Part shown: in pieces, positions 28,965-38,263 of the stretch | Numbering within the stretch: position 1 is the stretch's first letter | How the letters are laid out: each line of letters opens with the position of its first letter | Assembly (NCBI GenBank): GCA_016187745.1 | Contig: JACPJC010000005.1 | Coordinates: forward strand, 96,001-160,000 | Direction: 5' to 3' | DNA length: 64,000 nucleotides | From: Candidatus Iainarchaeum sp. | GTDB taxonomy: Archaea; Iainarchaeota; Iainarchaeia; Iainarchaeales; JAXPJC01 | Notes under the pieces: model-generated | Databases searched by the model: none | What the model saw: the letters and a program-made list of their open reading frames with translations, nothing else | Told to the model about the DNA's origin: nothing | Position numbers and translations under genes: made by a program

Positions 28965-30251
28965 TTATTTATTTTCCTGAACATCTTTTAATTGCTCGGG
29001 TTTCATCAACTCGCGCAGCACAGTTGTTGCGTAATTCCCCTTTTCCAGTGTGAATGAGATTTTCGCCTTGAGCGCGCCCTCGAAATACTCATCATATGCA
29101 ATTTCCTCAAGCTTCAAATCCTGCGGAAACAGCAGAATTGTTTTCCTCGCGCCCTTTGAGCTTATTTGCGGAAATGCCTTTATGTAGAAGTCTTCCGGCT
29201 TTATTCCTTCCTTGCCAAGCACTTCCCTCTCAATTTCCCCGACTTTCCCCTCAGAGAATTTTGATTCAAACCCGAAAAGCTGCGCGGTTGCAATTCCATC
29301 CTCAAGCACGTCCCCCTCTGCCGCCTGCAATCCCAATCCACTTTCAATCCGCTTATTTATGATTTGATTGAATAGATAGCTCTGATACGCATGCGTGAAC
29401 ATGTATGTAAGGGACTTCGGCAGGCGCGAAAAGGCCCCGACAAAATCCTTGGGGTATTTGCACAAATGATGGATTATTATCCTCTCATAGCGGTATTTCG
29501 GGGGGAACTCATTTATTGCCCTTGAAAAGTCCTTCGTATCCGCGAGATTCTTCCTCGCATTTTTAATGTCTTCCTCTTCCCTTTCATCAATTGCCGTCAG
29601 GTAGAGCATTACTGCATTTTCAGTATTTCCCATTATGAATTCCTTCCCCACGAGATGCGTAATTCCGCGGATTCCCCCGAAGCGCTGCTCCCCGAAATAA
29701 TTCGCAATTCCCCCTTTAATTTCCCCAAAGCACGCATTAATGCGCCTCTCCAGTTCCTCCTTTTCAAGCTGCAGATTGCGCACCATTATTGTGAATTTAT
29801 TCCCGATCAAATCCCCGATTTCAACCCTCTTATCGCTCCACTCCGCCTCCCTCAGGTCAATATAGCGCGAATCAAAAGCCTTCAGCAGCTCAACATCAGC
29901 CTTCCATATTGAAATGCGCTGGCAGGTTATTGCGCGCTTGTCCTTCATTCCCGCAAACCCAATCCTTTTCCTGCTCGTGTGCAGCGCCCTTGCAATTCTT
30001 CTCAGCGCATTTGCGGTATCAACATTGAATTTTTCCATCTTCACTATCAGCTGATTCTCCTTAGCCCTCTCATCCGCAAGAGGCGCCGGCCATTTCTTCT
30101 CAAGCGTTTTTTTCTCCGAATCAGTAAAAACCATGGCTTCGCAAATTTCATTTCCGGGCGCAACTTCCTCCACAATGAAATCCGCAATGCGTTTCCTCAG
30201 AACGCCGCCAATTCCCGGAGCGGAAGTCGAATAATGGTTTATTGCGCTCAA
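28965..30251 (-). CDS. truD: tRNA pseudouridine(13) synthase TruD/Pus7
   Basis: DFIVEE, GFAGMKDKRAIT.Q, GNKFTI, NYFGEQRFG, HAYQSYLFN, GNYATTVLRELM. Confidence 0.95.
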   Translation of the reverse strand: MSAINHYSTSAPGIGGVLRKRIADFIVEEVAPGNEICEAMVFTDSEKKTLEKKWPAPLADERAKENQLIVKMEKFNVDTANALRRIARALHTSRKRIGFAGMKDKRAITCQRISIWKADVELLKAFDSRYIDLREAEWSDKRVEIGDLIGNKFTIMVRNLQLEKEELERRINACFGEIKGGIANYFGEQRFGGIRGITHLVGKEFIMGNTENAVMLYLTAIDEREEEDIKNARKNLADTKDFSRAINEFPPKYRYERIIIHHLCKYPKDFVGAFSRLPKSLTYMFTHAYQSYLFNQIINKRIESGLGLQAAEGDVLEDGIATAQLFGFESKFSEGKVGEIEREVLGKEGIKPEDFYIKAFPQISSKGARKTILLFPQDLKLEEIAYDEYFEGALKAKISFTLEKGNYATTVLRELMKPEQLKDVQENK

Positions 30252-30255
30252 AGGA

Positions 30256-30528
30256 TCACTTTTTTATTATTTTAGCAATCATACTAATTCTGGGGTTACC
30301 TTCATCATCAATAACTTTTCGGGCATAATAATTAACCCCTGTTCCAATAGCATAACCCAAAAATACTTCATCATTTGTTCCAAGAATTGTGCTTCTTTTG
30401 CGTGCAAGGGACAGCAGAATTGATTTTGGAACACCCTCTCCATACAAAAGATCCTCAGGATTAAGTTTTTTATATAACTTTCCGCCAATTTTTACACGCC
30501 TAGATCTTGGTGGCTTGTTTCCCGGCAT
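30256..30528 (-). CDS. Orphan small basic protein
   Basis: MPGNKPPRSRRVK N-terminus; AT-rich; fills the gap between aRF1 and truD. Confidence 0.6.
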   Translation of the reverse strand: MPGNKPPRSRRVKIGGKLYKKLNPEDLLYGEGVPKSILLSLARKRSTILGTNDEVFLGYAIGTGVNYYARKVIDDEGNPRISMIAKIIKK

Positions 30529-30533
30529 ATTCC

Positions 30534-31781
30534 CTACCTATATCTCAATATTGCTCCGAGCCCGCCGAAGGTTTTGTAGAACTGCTCCCCTTCCGCGGTT
30601 TCTGTTGAAATTAATTTCATTTCCGCATCAATCTTGTGCACCTTTTCCAGCAGCCAGTCTGCATAATCCACTTCCTCCATTATTTCAGCCTCGGCATTGC
30701 ATTTTGTGCATTTTGGGATTCCCCCCAAACCGAAGCGGTTTTTCACAAGGATTTCCTCGTTATTATTGCAGTGCCCGCAGAGCAGCCTGTAAACAACCCA
30801 GTCTATCGCCTCAGAAACCAGAAGGGTTTTTACCTTTCCCTCAGCAAGCGCAGTTTCCACTTCCTTCTGCCCGTAGGTCGCAAGCGCGCCCTTCACAACC
30901 TCCTGAAGGAAACTGTTAACAGCAAGCCTTTCCTTCATTACCTCTGTGCTTTTCAGTATTTCCTCGCTTTTCTGGAACAATTCCCTTATTCCGGACTCAT
31001 CAGTGTAGGAAGTGTCAAGTGTTCCTAGCACCATCCCCTTAAGCCTGTAATCAAGCAGGTCCTGCTCAAGAAAATAATTTTTTGTGGCGCCAGGCCCCCC
31101 GATAATTATGCCCTTCATTTTATTCCCGTATACAAGATAGATTGCGCCCATTTTTTCCGCAATGCGCTTGAAGAAGTCGTGCGTTGCCTCTTCCCTCAAT
31201 CTCTCATACCTGTGCGCCGAAAATCCCCCTGCCTTTACCTTTCCCGGAACCGCGGAAGTTATTCTTCCCAGAACCTCGTATTTCTTGCCCACAAGCGCAG
31301 CAAATGTCGCCTCCCTCTTGTCAAGGGTTGCCAATCCATAAATCTCCGAGGGCGCAGCCATTTCCTCAAGCGGATCCAGATGGAACTGCGAATCGCACCA
31401 GTACAATTTTACTTTCAGCCTCCTCAGCGGCCTTACAGTAAAGAGGGTTATGTCGCTCCTTCCCTCCTGCTCGGAAATATTCCCGCAAAAAACTACCAAC
31501 CCCCTCTCAGGCAGCTGGAAATTTATCCTTTTGAGGAAATTTGATATTTTCCTGAGCGCGCCCTGCACATTCTTGCGCGTTGTGGGGCTCTTTATGTTGG
31601 AGCTCTGCGAAGTTTCCTCGGTAAGCTGCCCCATAACCAGGCTTCTGTCAACATCCGGGGGCAAATAAAGTGAAATCAGCTCAGTCCCCTTTCCCTTGAA
31701 GGCCTTGAGCATCTTTAGTTTTTTCTTGAATACTGCTGCTTCAGCCTCGTCAATCTTCTCCAGTTCCTTCATGTTCATCAT
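30534..31781 (-). CDS. prf1: Peptide chain release factor aRF1 (GGQ replaced by GGF)
   Basis: GTELISLY, NIKS, YWCDSQF, AGGFSAHRY, GGPG, YTDESG, FGGLGAILRY. Confidence 0.95.
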   Translation of the reverse strand: MMNMKELEKIDEAEAAVFKKKLKMLKAFKGKGTELISLYLPPDVDRSLVMGQLTEETSQSSNIKSPTTRKNVQGALRKISNFLKRINFQLPERGLVVFCGNISEQEGRSDITLFTVRPLRRLKVKLYWCDSQFHLDPLEEMAAPSEIYGLATLDKREATFAALVGKKYEVLGRITSAVPGKVKAGGFSAHRYERLREEATHDFFKRIAEKMGAIYLVYGNKMKGIIIGGPGATKNYFLEQDLLDYRLKGMVLGTLDTSYTDESGIRELFQKSEEILKSTEVMKERLAVNSFLQEVVKGALATYGQKEVETALAEGKVKTLLVSEAIDWVVYRLLCGHCNNNEEILVKNRFGLGGIPKCTKCNAEAEIMEEVDYADWLLEKVHKIDAEMKLISTETAEGEQFYKTFGGLGAILRYR

Positions 31782-31871
31782 TACTTCTTCTTGATTTTTA
31801 TAGTTTGGGTTTAGGTTATCTTTTTATATTACCTTTCCCATTAATTATCAGCAAAACAAAAGGCTGCAAAA

Positions 31872-32654
31872 ATGTTTGAGATGTTCCAGAATTACAATGA
31901 GCCGGCGCAACAGCAGCAGGGCGCAGGCTCCTCAAATCAGACCTTTGTGCTTTCAATTAGCGGCTCCTCAATTGTGCCTGACAGGATAAATACCGCGCTG
32001 ATTGGGAAAATATGCAATTCCATAAATAACCTTTATAGCGAAGGTTATAAATTCGCTTTGTCTGTTGGGGGAGGCAGAACCTGCAGGGATTATGCCAGCG
32101 CCGTAAAGGCGCTTGGCTCAAACCGCTTTCTTCAGGATTTGATAGGGATTGAAATTACGCGCGCAAACGCAATGCTGGTAATAAACGCCCTTGACAGGGC
32201 GTTTCCGGTTGTTTTAAGCGATTTGCTCCGCGCGCGCGAGATAATTGATGCTGGGAAAATCCCGGTTTATGGGGGCATCATCCCGGGCTACACAACAGAT
32301 GCGGTTGCTGCAGTTCTGGCGGAACATTTGAATGCGACATTCATAAACATCACAAATGTTGATGGAATTTACAACTTGGACCCGCGCATAAGCCGAAGCG
32401 CAAAATTAATTCCGAAAATGTCCCACGAAAAATTGCTGGCAGTAATTATGCGCTCCGCAGGGGAAAGCGCGGAGCCCTCGCAGCATGTTGTTTTGGACAT
32501 CCCCTGCGCGCTCCTCCTCAAGCGCAGCAAAATCCGCACTTTTGTCCTGAATGCCGAGGATACTGCAAACCTTGAGGCAGCAGTGCGCGGGCAGGAATTC
32601 AAGGGCACTGTTGTGGAAAGCACAGAAGAAAACGAAGTTCCAGAGGAGCTTTAG
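31872..32654 (+). CDS. pyrH: UMP kinase (archaeal type)
   Basis: SISGS, VGGG..RDY, D.IGIEITRANA, PGYTTDAVAA, TNVDGIY..DP. Confidence 0.9.
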   Translation: MFEMFQNYNEPAQQQQGAGSSNQTFVLSISGSSIVPDRINTALIGKICNSINNLYSEGYKFALSVGGGRTCRDYASAVKALGSNRFLQDLIGIEITRANAMLVINALDRAFPVVLSDLLRAREIIDAGKIPVYGGIIPGYTTDAVAAVLAEHLNATFINITNVDGIYNLDPRISRSAKLIPKMSHEKLLAVIMRSAGESAEPSQHVVLDIPCALLLKRSKIRTFVLNAEDTANLEAAVRGQEFKGTVVESTEENEVPEEL

Positions 32655-32657
32655 CGC

Positions 32658-33149
32658 ATGAAACACGTTAGCACAGTTGAATTGCTAGTAGCACCTTATT
32701 TTGAAAACGAAGTCCCTCCGCAGAATAAAATAAACAGCTGGATATACTCTGCAAAATCACTTCCAAATGACGGGGTATTTGTTGTAGTTGCGCAAGCAAG
32801 AAACCTTAAGAAAACAAAAGAATTAGTTGATGCTTCTCTAAGACCGTCTTTGGGGGCTAGATGCATTCTAATAAGCCATTTAAGAATGCAAACACTTCCA
32901 AAGCTATTAGCAAAGTTGGATTTTAGCATTGATGAAAAAACCAAATGGTATGATTTTGGTATGCATAAAAAGGCTTGCCCGCCTTCTTTAGCAAAACACA
33001 TAATAGAGAAAGTTTTTGGGCTTAATGTAAAATCCCAACATATCAAGAGCAAGTCAACAGTGCCAGAACAATATATAACTGATTCACTTCCGGGGTTAAA
33101 GATGACTAGATATTTAAGAAAGGTCAACAGGCTGCGTAAGTTGCTCTAA
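32658..33149 (+). CDS. Orphan basic protein
   Basis: 163 aa, AT-rich, atypical codon usage (tta/cta). Confidence 0.6.
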   Translation: MKHVSTVELLVAPYFENEVPPQNKINSWIYSAKSLPNDGVFVVVAQARNLKKTKELVDASLRPSLGARCILISHLRMQTLPKLLAKLDFSIDEKTKWYDFGMHKKACPPSLAKHIIEKVFGLNVKSQHIKSKSTVPEQYITDSLPGLKMTRYLRKVNRLRKLL

Positions 33150-33164
33150 TTATGCCTTTACCAT

Positions 33165-34175
33165 TCATTGCAATTCCTCGAATTTGTAATTCTCCAGGCT
33201 TCTCTTCCCGAAGACTACTTCCAGCTCATTCGGGGTTATTATCGGGATTTTGAACAATATTGAATCATCAAGCGCAATTCTCGGGCATGCGGTGCAGACA
33301 AGCGCATCAAGCTGCATCCCGAGCAGATATTCCATCTTTACCAAATCTCCGGCAATTAAATACGCCTTTTTCCCTTCTTTTTCAATTTCCCCCTTAATTT
33401 CAAGCGCCCTGCGCATGTTCAGCTGCCCCCGCTTTGTGCTTGCAATAATCCCGAATATTTTCGCGTCTTTTGCAAGCGCAACCGCGGCATATCTCTTTCT
33501 CAAAAACATACTGCGCTGCTGCCGGAGCTCCTCAACCCTTTCCGCAAGCGGATTTGCAATAAGCACCGGCTTGCTGATGCTGAAGGAAATTCCGAGCGGA
33601 TGGAAAAGCCCATCGCCGACAAATACAATCGCATCGGCATCTTTAATTGCAGAATTAACGGCAGAGTAATTGCATCCCAGCACCTGCCCCGCAAGCGCAA
33701 CCCTTTTTCCCCCAACTCCAATTTCAGCCCTTATCCCCTTCTTTCCCAGAATTTTTTTAATTCCATTTAATTTTTCCGCATACTGCGCAGTTGCGCACAA
33801 TGCAATCTTTTTGTAGGAAAGCTCATTCAATTTTGCAATAATTTTATTTGCCAATTCATTTTCATCAAACTCATAACTAAGCGGAGCATAAATTACTGGC
33901 AGTTCAGAAATTAGCATTTTAGTGTGCCCGAAATGCACAAGCAAATCAGCGCCCAGCTGCCTCGCGCGCGCATCAGCCAAATCGCAAGCGCCAAAACAAG
34001 GATCAGAAAAAATAACAGCCTCCGCTCCGCTTGCCTTCTCAATTTGCTCAGCAATCTCAAGCGCGCGGGTTTTCAATCCCTCAGGGACCTGAACCGCAAT
34101 CAATTTGGGCTTCTGCTTGAGCGCCTTAATCTGCCTTATTGCGCTTTGCACGCCTTTCTCAATTTCAAGCCGCAT
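33165..34175 (-). CDS. dph2: Diphthamide biosynthesis enzyme Dph2
   Basis: QVPEGLK, PCFGACD, HFGH, GQVLGC, GDGLFH, K.GQ, TACPRI. Confidence 0.95.
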   Translation of the reverse strand: MRLEIEKGVQSAIRQIKALKQKPKLIAVQVPEGLKTRALEIAEQIEKASGAEAVIFSDPCFGACDLADARARQLGADLLVHFGHTKMLISELPVIYAPLSYEFDENELANKIIAKLNELSYKKIALCATAQYAEKLNGIKKILGKKGIRAEIGVGGKRVALAGQVLGCNYSAVNSAIKDADAIVFVGDGLFHPLGISFSISKPVLIANPLAERVEELRQQRSMFLRKRYAAVALAKDAKIFGIIASTKRGQLNMRRALEIKGEIEKEGKKAYLIAGDLVKMEYLLGMQLDALVCTACPRIALDDSILFKIPIITPNELEVVFGKRSLENYKFEELQ

Positions 34176-34209
34176 GAAATAATTGCGCAGACAAAGGAAT
34201 AAAAAGGAA

Positions 34210-36585
34210 TTATCCCTGCTCCGCAAGCTGCCTGCGCTCTTCCGCTATGACCTTCCTTATGGCTTCAACGGCATCAATGTTCGCGGAAACGGAATCAATT
34301 CCAAACACAACCAATCTTTTCACCATCTCGGGATTGCTTCCCGCCTGCCCGCAGATGCTTGTTTCAACCCCTGCCTTCCTGCAGCGCTCAATAACGTGCT
34401 TTGCCTCCATAAGGATTGCAGGGTGCAGCTCGCTGAACCATCTCTGTATGCGCTCGTTGTTCCTGTCAATTCCAAGTGTCAATTGGGTTAAATCGTTTGT
34501 GCCGAAGCTTATGAATTCCGCCCCCGCTTCAATCAATTCATCAATCACCCAAACGCTTGCAGGGGTTTCAATCATTACGCCAAATTGCAGTTCCTTTTCC
34601 CCGGGCTTCAGCCCAATCCCCTTTGCAATTTCCTTTGCGCGCCTGAATTCCTCTGCACTCTGCACAAACGGCAGCATTATTCCAATGTTCCAGAAGCCCT
34701 CTTCGCGCAGCTCCTTAATTGCCCGGAATTGCGCCCTCAGCAGTTCAGGCTCGTCCAAATCTCTGCGAATTCCATGCCATCCTAACATAGGATTGTCCTC
34801 ATGCGGCTCGTTCTCCCCGCCCTTCAGATTCCTGAATTCATCAGTCCTCGCATCAAATGTCCTGTACCACACAGGCTTGTTCTTGAAGTGAACTGCAACT
34901 CCGCGTATCCCGTTTTTCACAATGTCCTTGAGCTCCGCGCCCTTGCCATTGCGCAGGAATTCCGCGGGATGGGTGCCTGATGCGGTTATCATGTGCTCCG
35001 CTCTCAATAATCCAACTCCATCGGCGCCTGTAGCAGAAGCGCGCTCCGCAGCTTCCGGAAGCGCAACATTCACTTTTACAAGTATCCTGTGCCCCGCAAT
35101 TTCTTTCGGGGTCTTTTCAACGGCAACAATTTCGTGCATCTCTTCCTTTAATTCCTCAACCTCTTCCTCAATTTCAGCAAGGCTTGTTTCTGCTTTTGCT
35201 TCCGCCCTTTTCACTTCCATTGAAACCTCAATTTTCCCCTCGTAAATTTTTCCCGAATATCCGTCAACAGTTGCAAGCATCCCGTCCTGCAGCTTTTCTG
35301 TTGCGTTTTCTGTTCCCACAATGCAGGGAATCCCCAATTCGCGTGAAACAATTGCTGCATGGCACGTAAGGCCCCCCTCATCTGTAACTATTGCAGCCGC
35401 CTTTCTCATTGTAGGAACCCAATCCGGGGAGGTCATCCTTGTAACAAGTATTTCCCCCTTCTCCAGCTTTGCAACATCCGAAACGGAAGGAATTATTTTT
35501 ATTCTTCCAATTGCAATTCCGGGAGATGCGCCAAGCCCTGAAGCGACCGCATTCCCCTGTGCAATCTCCTTTTCAATCCTCTCCTCCTCAGATTTTTCCT
35601 CTTTTGTTTCGGTTTTGAGCGTTGTGATTGCGCGGCTCTGAACAACATACAGGGCATTGTTCTCGATTGCAAATTCAATATCCTGCGGGAAGTTGTAATG
35701 GTTCTCAATCTGCTTGCCTATTTTTGCGATTTCAATAACCTGCTTGTCAGTTAATTTTTGTTTGCTTTGATTCTTTTTGGGAAGCTCTTCCTGTTTTGTG
35801 CCTCTGCTTGCCCTTGTAATCATCCAGGTCTGCTCATTTGCAATCCTTTCAATGATTTTCAGTTTCCCCTTGTCCACAACATAATGGTCCGGGGTAACCG
35901 CCCCTGAAACAATCGTTTCCCCCAGTCCAAAAACCGCCTCAATTATTATCTTGCTCCTGTCGCCCATGGGCTCGGCAGTGAACATTACCCCCGAAACATC
36001 GGAATTTACCATCTTCTGCACAACAACCGCAATTCCCACCTTCTCAATTGCAAAATTATTTTTGCGCCTGTAATAAATCGCGCGCGCGGTAAATAGCGAT
36101 GCCCAGCATCTTTTGACCGCATCAACAAGCGCCTCCCCGCCCCTGATATTCAAGTAGGTTTCCTGCTGGCCCGCAAATGAGGCAGTGGGAAGGTCCTCGG
36201 CAGTTGCGCTGCTCCTGACAGCAACGCACGCCTCCTCAGAGCTTGTAAGCCATGCAACCTGCCTTTCCCCGAGGGCGCGGTATGCTTTTTTTATTTCAAT
36301 CTCAAGTTCCCCGCTCATCCTCGCGCTTGCTATTAAATTCCTTAATTCCTCTGCGCTCTTTTGCAATTGCCCGATGTTTTCCACATCAATGGAATTCTCC
36401 TTTACGATAACATCATCCTCAATTTCGGTTTCCTTCAGAAAATTGAAATACGCCTGCGCAGTTATCACAAAACCCGGGGGAATCGGAAAATTGGCATTTG
36501 TCATTTCCCCGAGATTGGCGCCTTTTCCCCCGACAAGCGGAACATCGCCGGCATGGATTTCCCTGAACCACAAAATATTTTTCAT
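34210..36585 (-). CDS. ppsA: Phosphoenolpyruvate synthase
   Basis: VGGKGANLGEM, VAVRSSATAEDL, GGLTCHAAIVSRELG, NPMLGWHG, FGTNDLTQ, SICGQA. Confidence 0.96.
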   Translation of the reverse strand: MKNILWFREIHAGDVPLVGGKGANLGEMTNANFPIPPGFVITAQAYFNFLKETEIEDDVIVKENSIDVENIGQLQKSAEELRNLIASARMSGELEIEIKKAYRALGERQVAWLTSSEEACVAVRSSATAEDLPTASFAGQQETYLNIRGGEALVDAVKRCWASLFTARAIYYRRKNNFAIEKVGIAVVVQKMVNSDVSGVMFTAEPMGDRSKIIIEAVFGLGETIVSGAVTPDHYVVDKGKLKIIERIANEQTWMITRASRGTKQEELPKKNQSKQKLTDKQVIEIAKIGKQIENHYNFPQDIEFAIENNALYVVQSRAITTLKTETKEEKSEEERIEKEIAQGNAVASGLGASPGIAIGRIKIIPSVSDVAKLEKGEILVTRMTSPDWVPTMRKAAAIVTDEGGLTCHAAIVSRELGIPCIVGTENATEKLQDGMLATVDGYSGKIYEGKIEVSMEVKRAEAKAETSLAEIEEEVEELKEEMHEIVAVEKTPKEIAGHRILVKVNVALPEAAERASATGADGVGLLRAEHMITASGTHPAEFLRNGKGAELKDIVKNGIRGVAVHFKNKPVWYRTFDARTDEFRNLKGGENEPHEDNPMLGWHGIRRDLDEPELLRAQFRAIKELREEGFWNIGIMLPFVQSAEEFRRAKEIAKGIGLKPGEKELQFGVMIETPASVWVIDELIEAGAEFISFGTNDLTQLTLGIDRNNERIQRWFSELHPAILMEAKHVIERCRKAGVETSICGQAGSNPEMVKRLVVFGIDSVSANIDAVEAIRKVIAEERRQLAEQG

Positions 36586-36635
36586 ATAACCAGAAATAGA
36601 ATGGGCGAGGTTATATAAATTACATTACGTTTATT

Positions 36636-37364
36636 TTATTTCTTCTCTTTCTTGCCCTTTTCGGCGCCCTTTCCCTTTCCTGCGCCCTCATCCTTTCCGC
36701 CCTTCGCGCCCTCAGCTTCCTTTCCCGCTTCAGCGCCCTTTTCTCCGGCCTTTCCTGTTTCCGCTGCAGCTTCCGCTGTTGGCGCAGCAACCTCAACAAC
36801 TTCTTCCCTCACATGCTTGGGGAGAGTTCCAATGCTCTCAACATCCTCTCCAACCTCAATATGCACATCGCACGGCAGCCTTGCCTTTGCCCTCGCAAGC
36901 CCTTTTTTCGCAAGCTCCACAAATTCCTTGTCGACAAGGACGCAGATTATTACCTGCCCGGGCCTTACCCTTGCGGCGCGGCCGATAACCCTTCCGAACG
37001 CATGGGACATTCCTTTTTGTATACGGTCCGCATGGGCGCCCTGCGCCTGCTTGTTCTCCCTCAATAAGTGGAATGGGAAGTTCATTATGCGCATGAAGTA
37101 AAGGTCCTTCCCAATTTTATTTATCAAATAGCGGTTAATTATCATGCGCACGCTTTCCAGCGCATTATCGCGGATTTGCGAATGGTTGCCGACAATAAGC
37201 TTCAGTATGCGGTTGTATTTCTTTAATGGATTGCCCATGTTGAACTGCCTTATCTTGGTGCCCGGGGAAGTGCTTATGTAATTTCTTTTCGGGACAGTTA
37301 TGGCTATCCTTGTGTATGCCCTGTCGTTCTTTTCACGATAACAGTGTCCAGGTCTCAATCCCAT
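36636..37364 (-). CDS. rpl10e: 50S ribosomal protein L16/L10e with low-complexity charged tail
   Basis: LRPGHCYR, QIRDNALES.R, LRENKQA.GA.ADRIQKGM..AFG..IG.AARV. Confidence 0.95.
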   Translation of the reverse strand: MGLRPGHCYREKNDRAYTRIAITVPKRNYISTSPGTKIRQFNMGNPLKKYNRILKLIVGNHSQIRDNALESVRMIINRYLINKIGKDLYFMRIMNFPFHLLRENKQAQGAHADRIQKGMSHAFGRVIGRAARVRPGQVIICVLVDKEFVELAKKGLARAKARLPCDVHIEVGEDVESIGTLPKHVREEVVEVAAPTAEAAAETGKAGEKGAEAGKEAEGAKGGKDEGAGKGKGAEKGKKEKK

Positions 37365-37500
37365 TTTTATCAACTCAGAATTTACAGCGAATTAAAATAG
37401 GAAAAATAAGCGCATGAATGCCCTTATCAACCCCAGGTTATCCTAGTAGAATTTGTTAATAAAAGCATTTAAATTCCTTTTCTTTTCTAATTCTTATGCC

Positions 37501-37737
37501 ATGGCGAAAGTGACTGTTTATTCCACCCCCACCTGCCCATACTGCCACATGGCAAAGGCCTTCCTGAAGGAGCAAAAGGTGCAGTTTGCGGATTATGATG
37601 TTTCAGAGGATGAGGGCAGGGCGCGCGAGATGATTGAAAAATCAGGCCAGCAGGGCGTTCCGGTAATTGACATTGACGGGGAAATTGTAGTGGGGTTTGA
37701 CAAGCCAAGAATCAAGGAATTATTGGGGATAAAATAG
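37501..37737 (+). CDS. Glutaredoxin-like protein (YruB/NrdH type)
   Basis: YSTPTCPYC, SGQQGVPVI, VGFD. Confidence 0.92.
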   Translation: MAKVTVYSTPTCPYCHMAKAFLKEQKVQFADYDVSEDEGRAREMIEKSGQQGVPVIDIDGEIVVGFDKPRIKELLGIK

Positions 37738-37786
37738 GCGCTAAATTTATATACTTCCAAGGACTGATTCTATTAAGGTCTTATTT

Positions 37787-38188
37787 ATGGTGCACAGAAA
37801 ACCAGAAGCGCGAAGACAATTCTTCAAGAGAAATCTTAATAAGAAAGGAGGAACAGAGCGGATTGCCGCCTCTATTGCAGACAGGCTTGAGGCTATGCAT
37901 TACAAAAGAGGAATCGCCCTGAAATGGCTTCATTCACTTGGCCTTAAAAAATTAAACTGTGAAAAAATTCTTGATATGAGGCACCAGGCAGGGGTTGTTC
38001 TGCCCACCATAGAGAAGTTGATTGCCCTAGGAAATGTCCCAAAGCTCAGAGAGTCTCTGAGGGCGCGCATAGAAGAATGCAAGGATGAATTGAAATCAAG
38101 CCACAGCGAAAGAAGGAAAGACTTAACGGCCGAGATAGCAATCCTCAACAGGCTTCTCACAATGCTCTCCACCGGGCGCGGAGGATAG
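37787..38188 (+). CDS. Orphan basic helical protein
   Basis: MVHRKPEARRQFFKR N-terminus; own TATA (tttatata) upstream. Confidence 0.6.
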   Translation: MVHRKPEARRQFFKRNLNKKGGTERIAASIADRLEAMHYKRGIALKWLHSLGLKKLNCEKILDMRHQAGVVLPTIEKLIALGNVPKLRESLRARIEECKDELKSSHSERRKDLTAEIAILNRLLTMLSTGRGG

Positions 38189-38263
38189 AGCACCAAAACA
38201 GCTGCCTGCTTGTTTTTGACTTTGCAAAAACAGAATAAATGAACTGCTGAAACTGAAGTAATA

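Noticed and set aside
36636-36810. Repetitive G/A/E/K tail of L10e
   Set aside because: Low-complexity charged tails are common on archaeal ribosomal proteins; no discrete repeat unit
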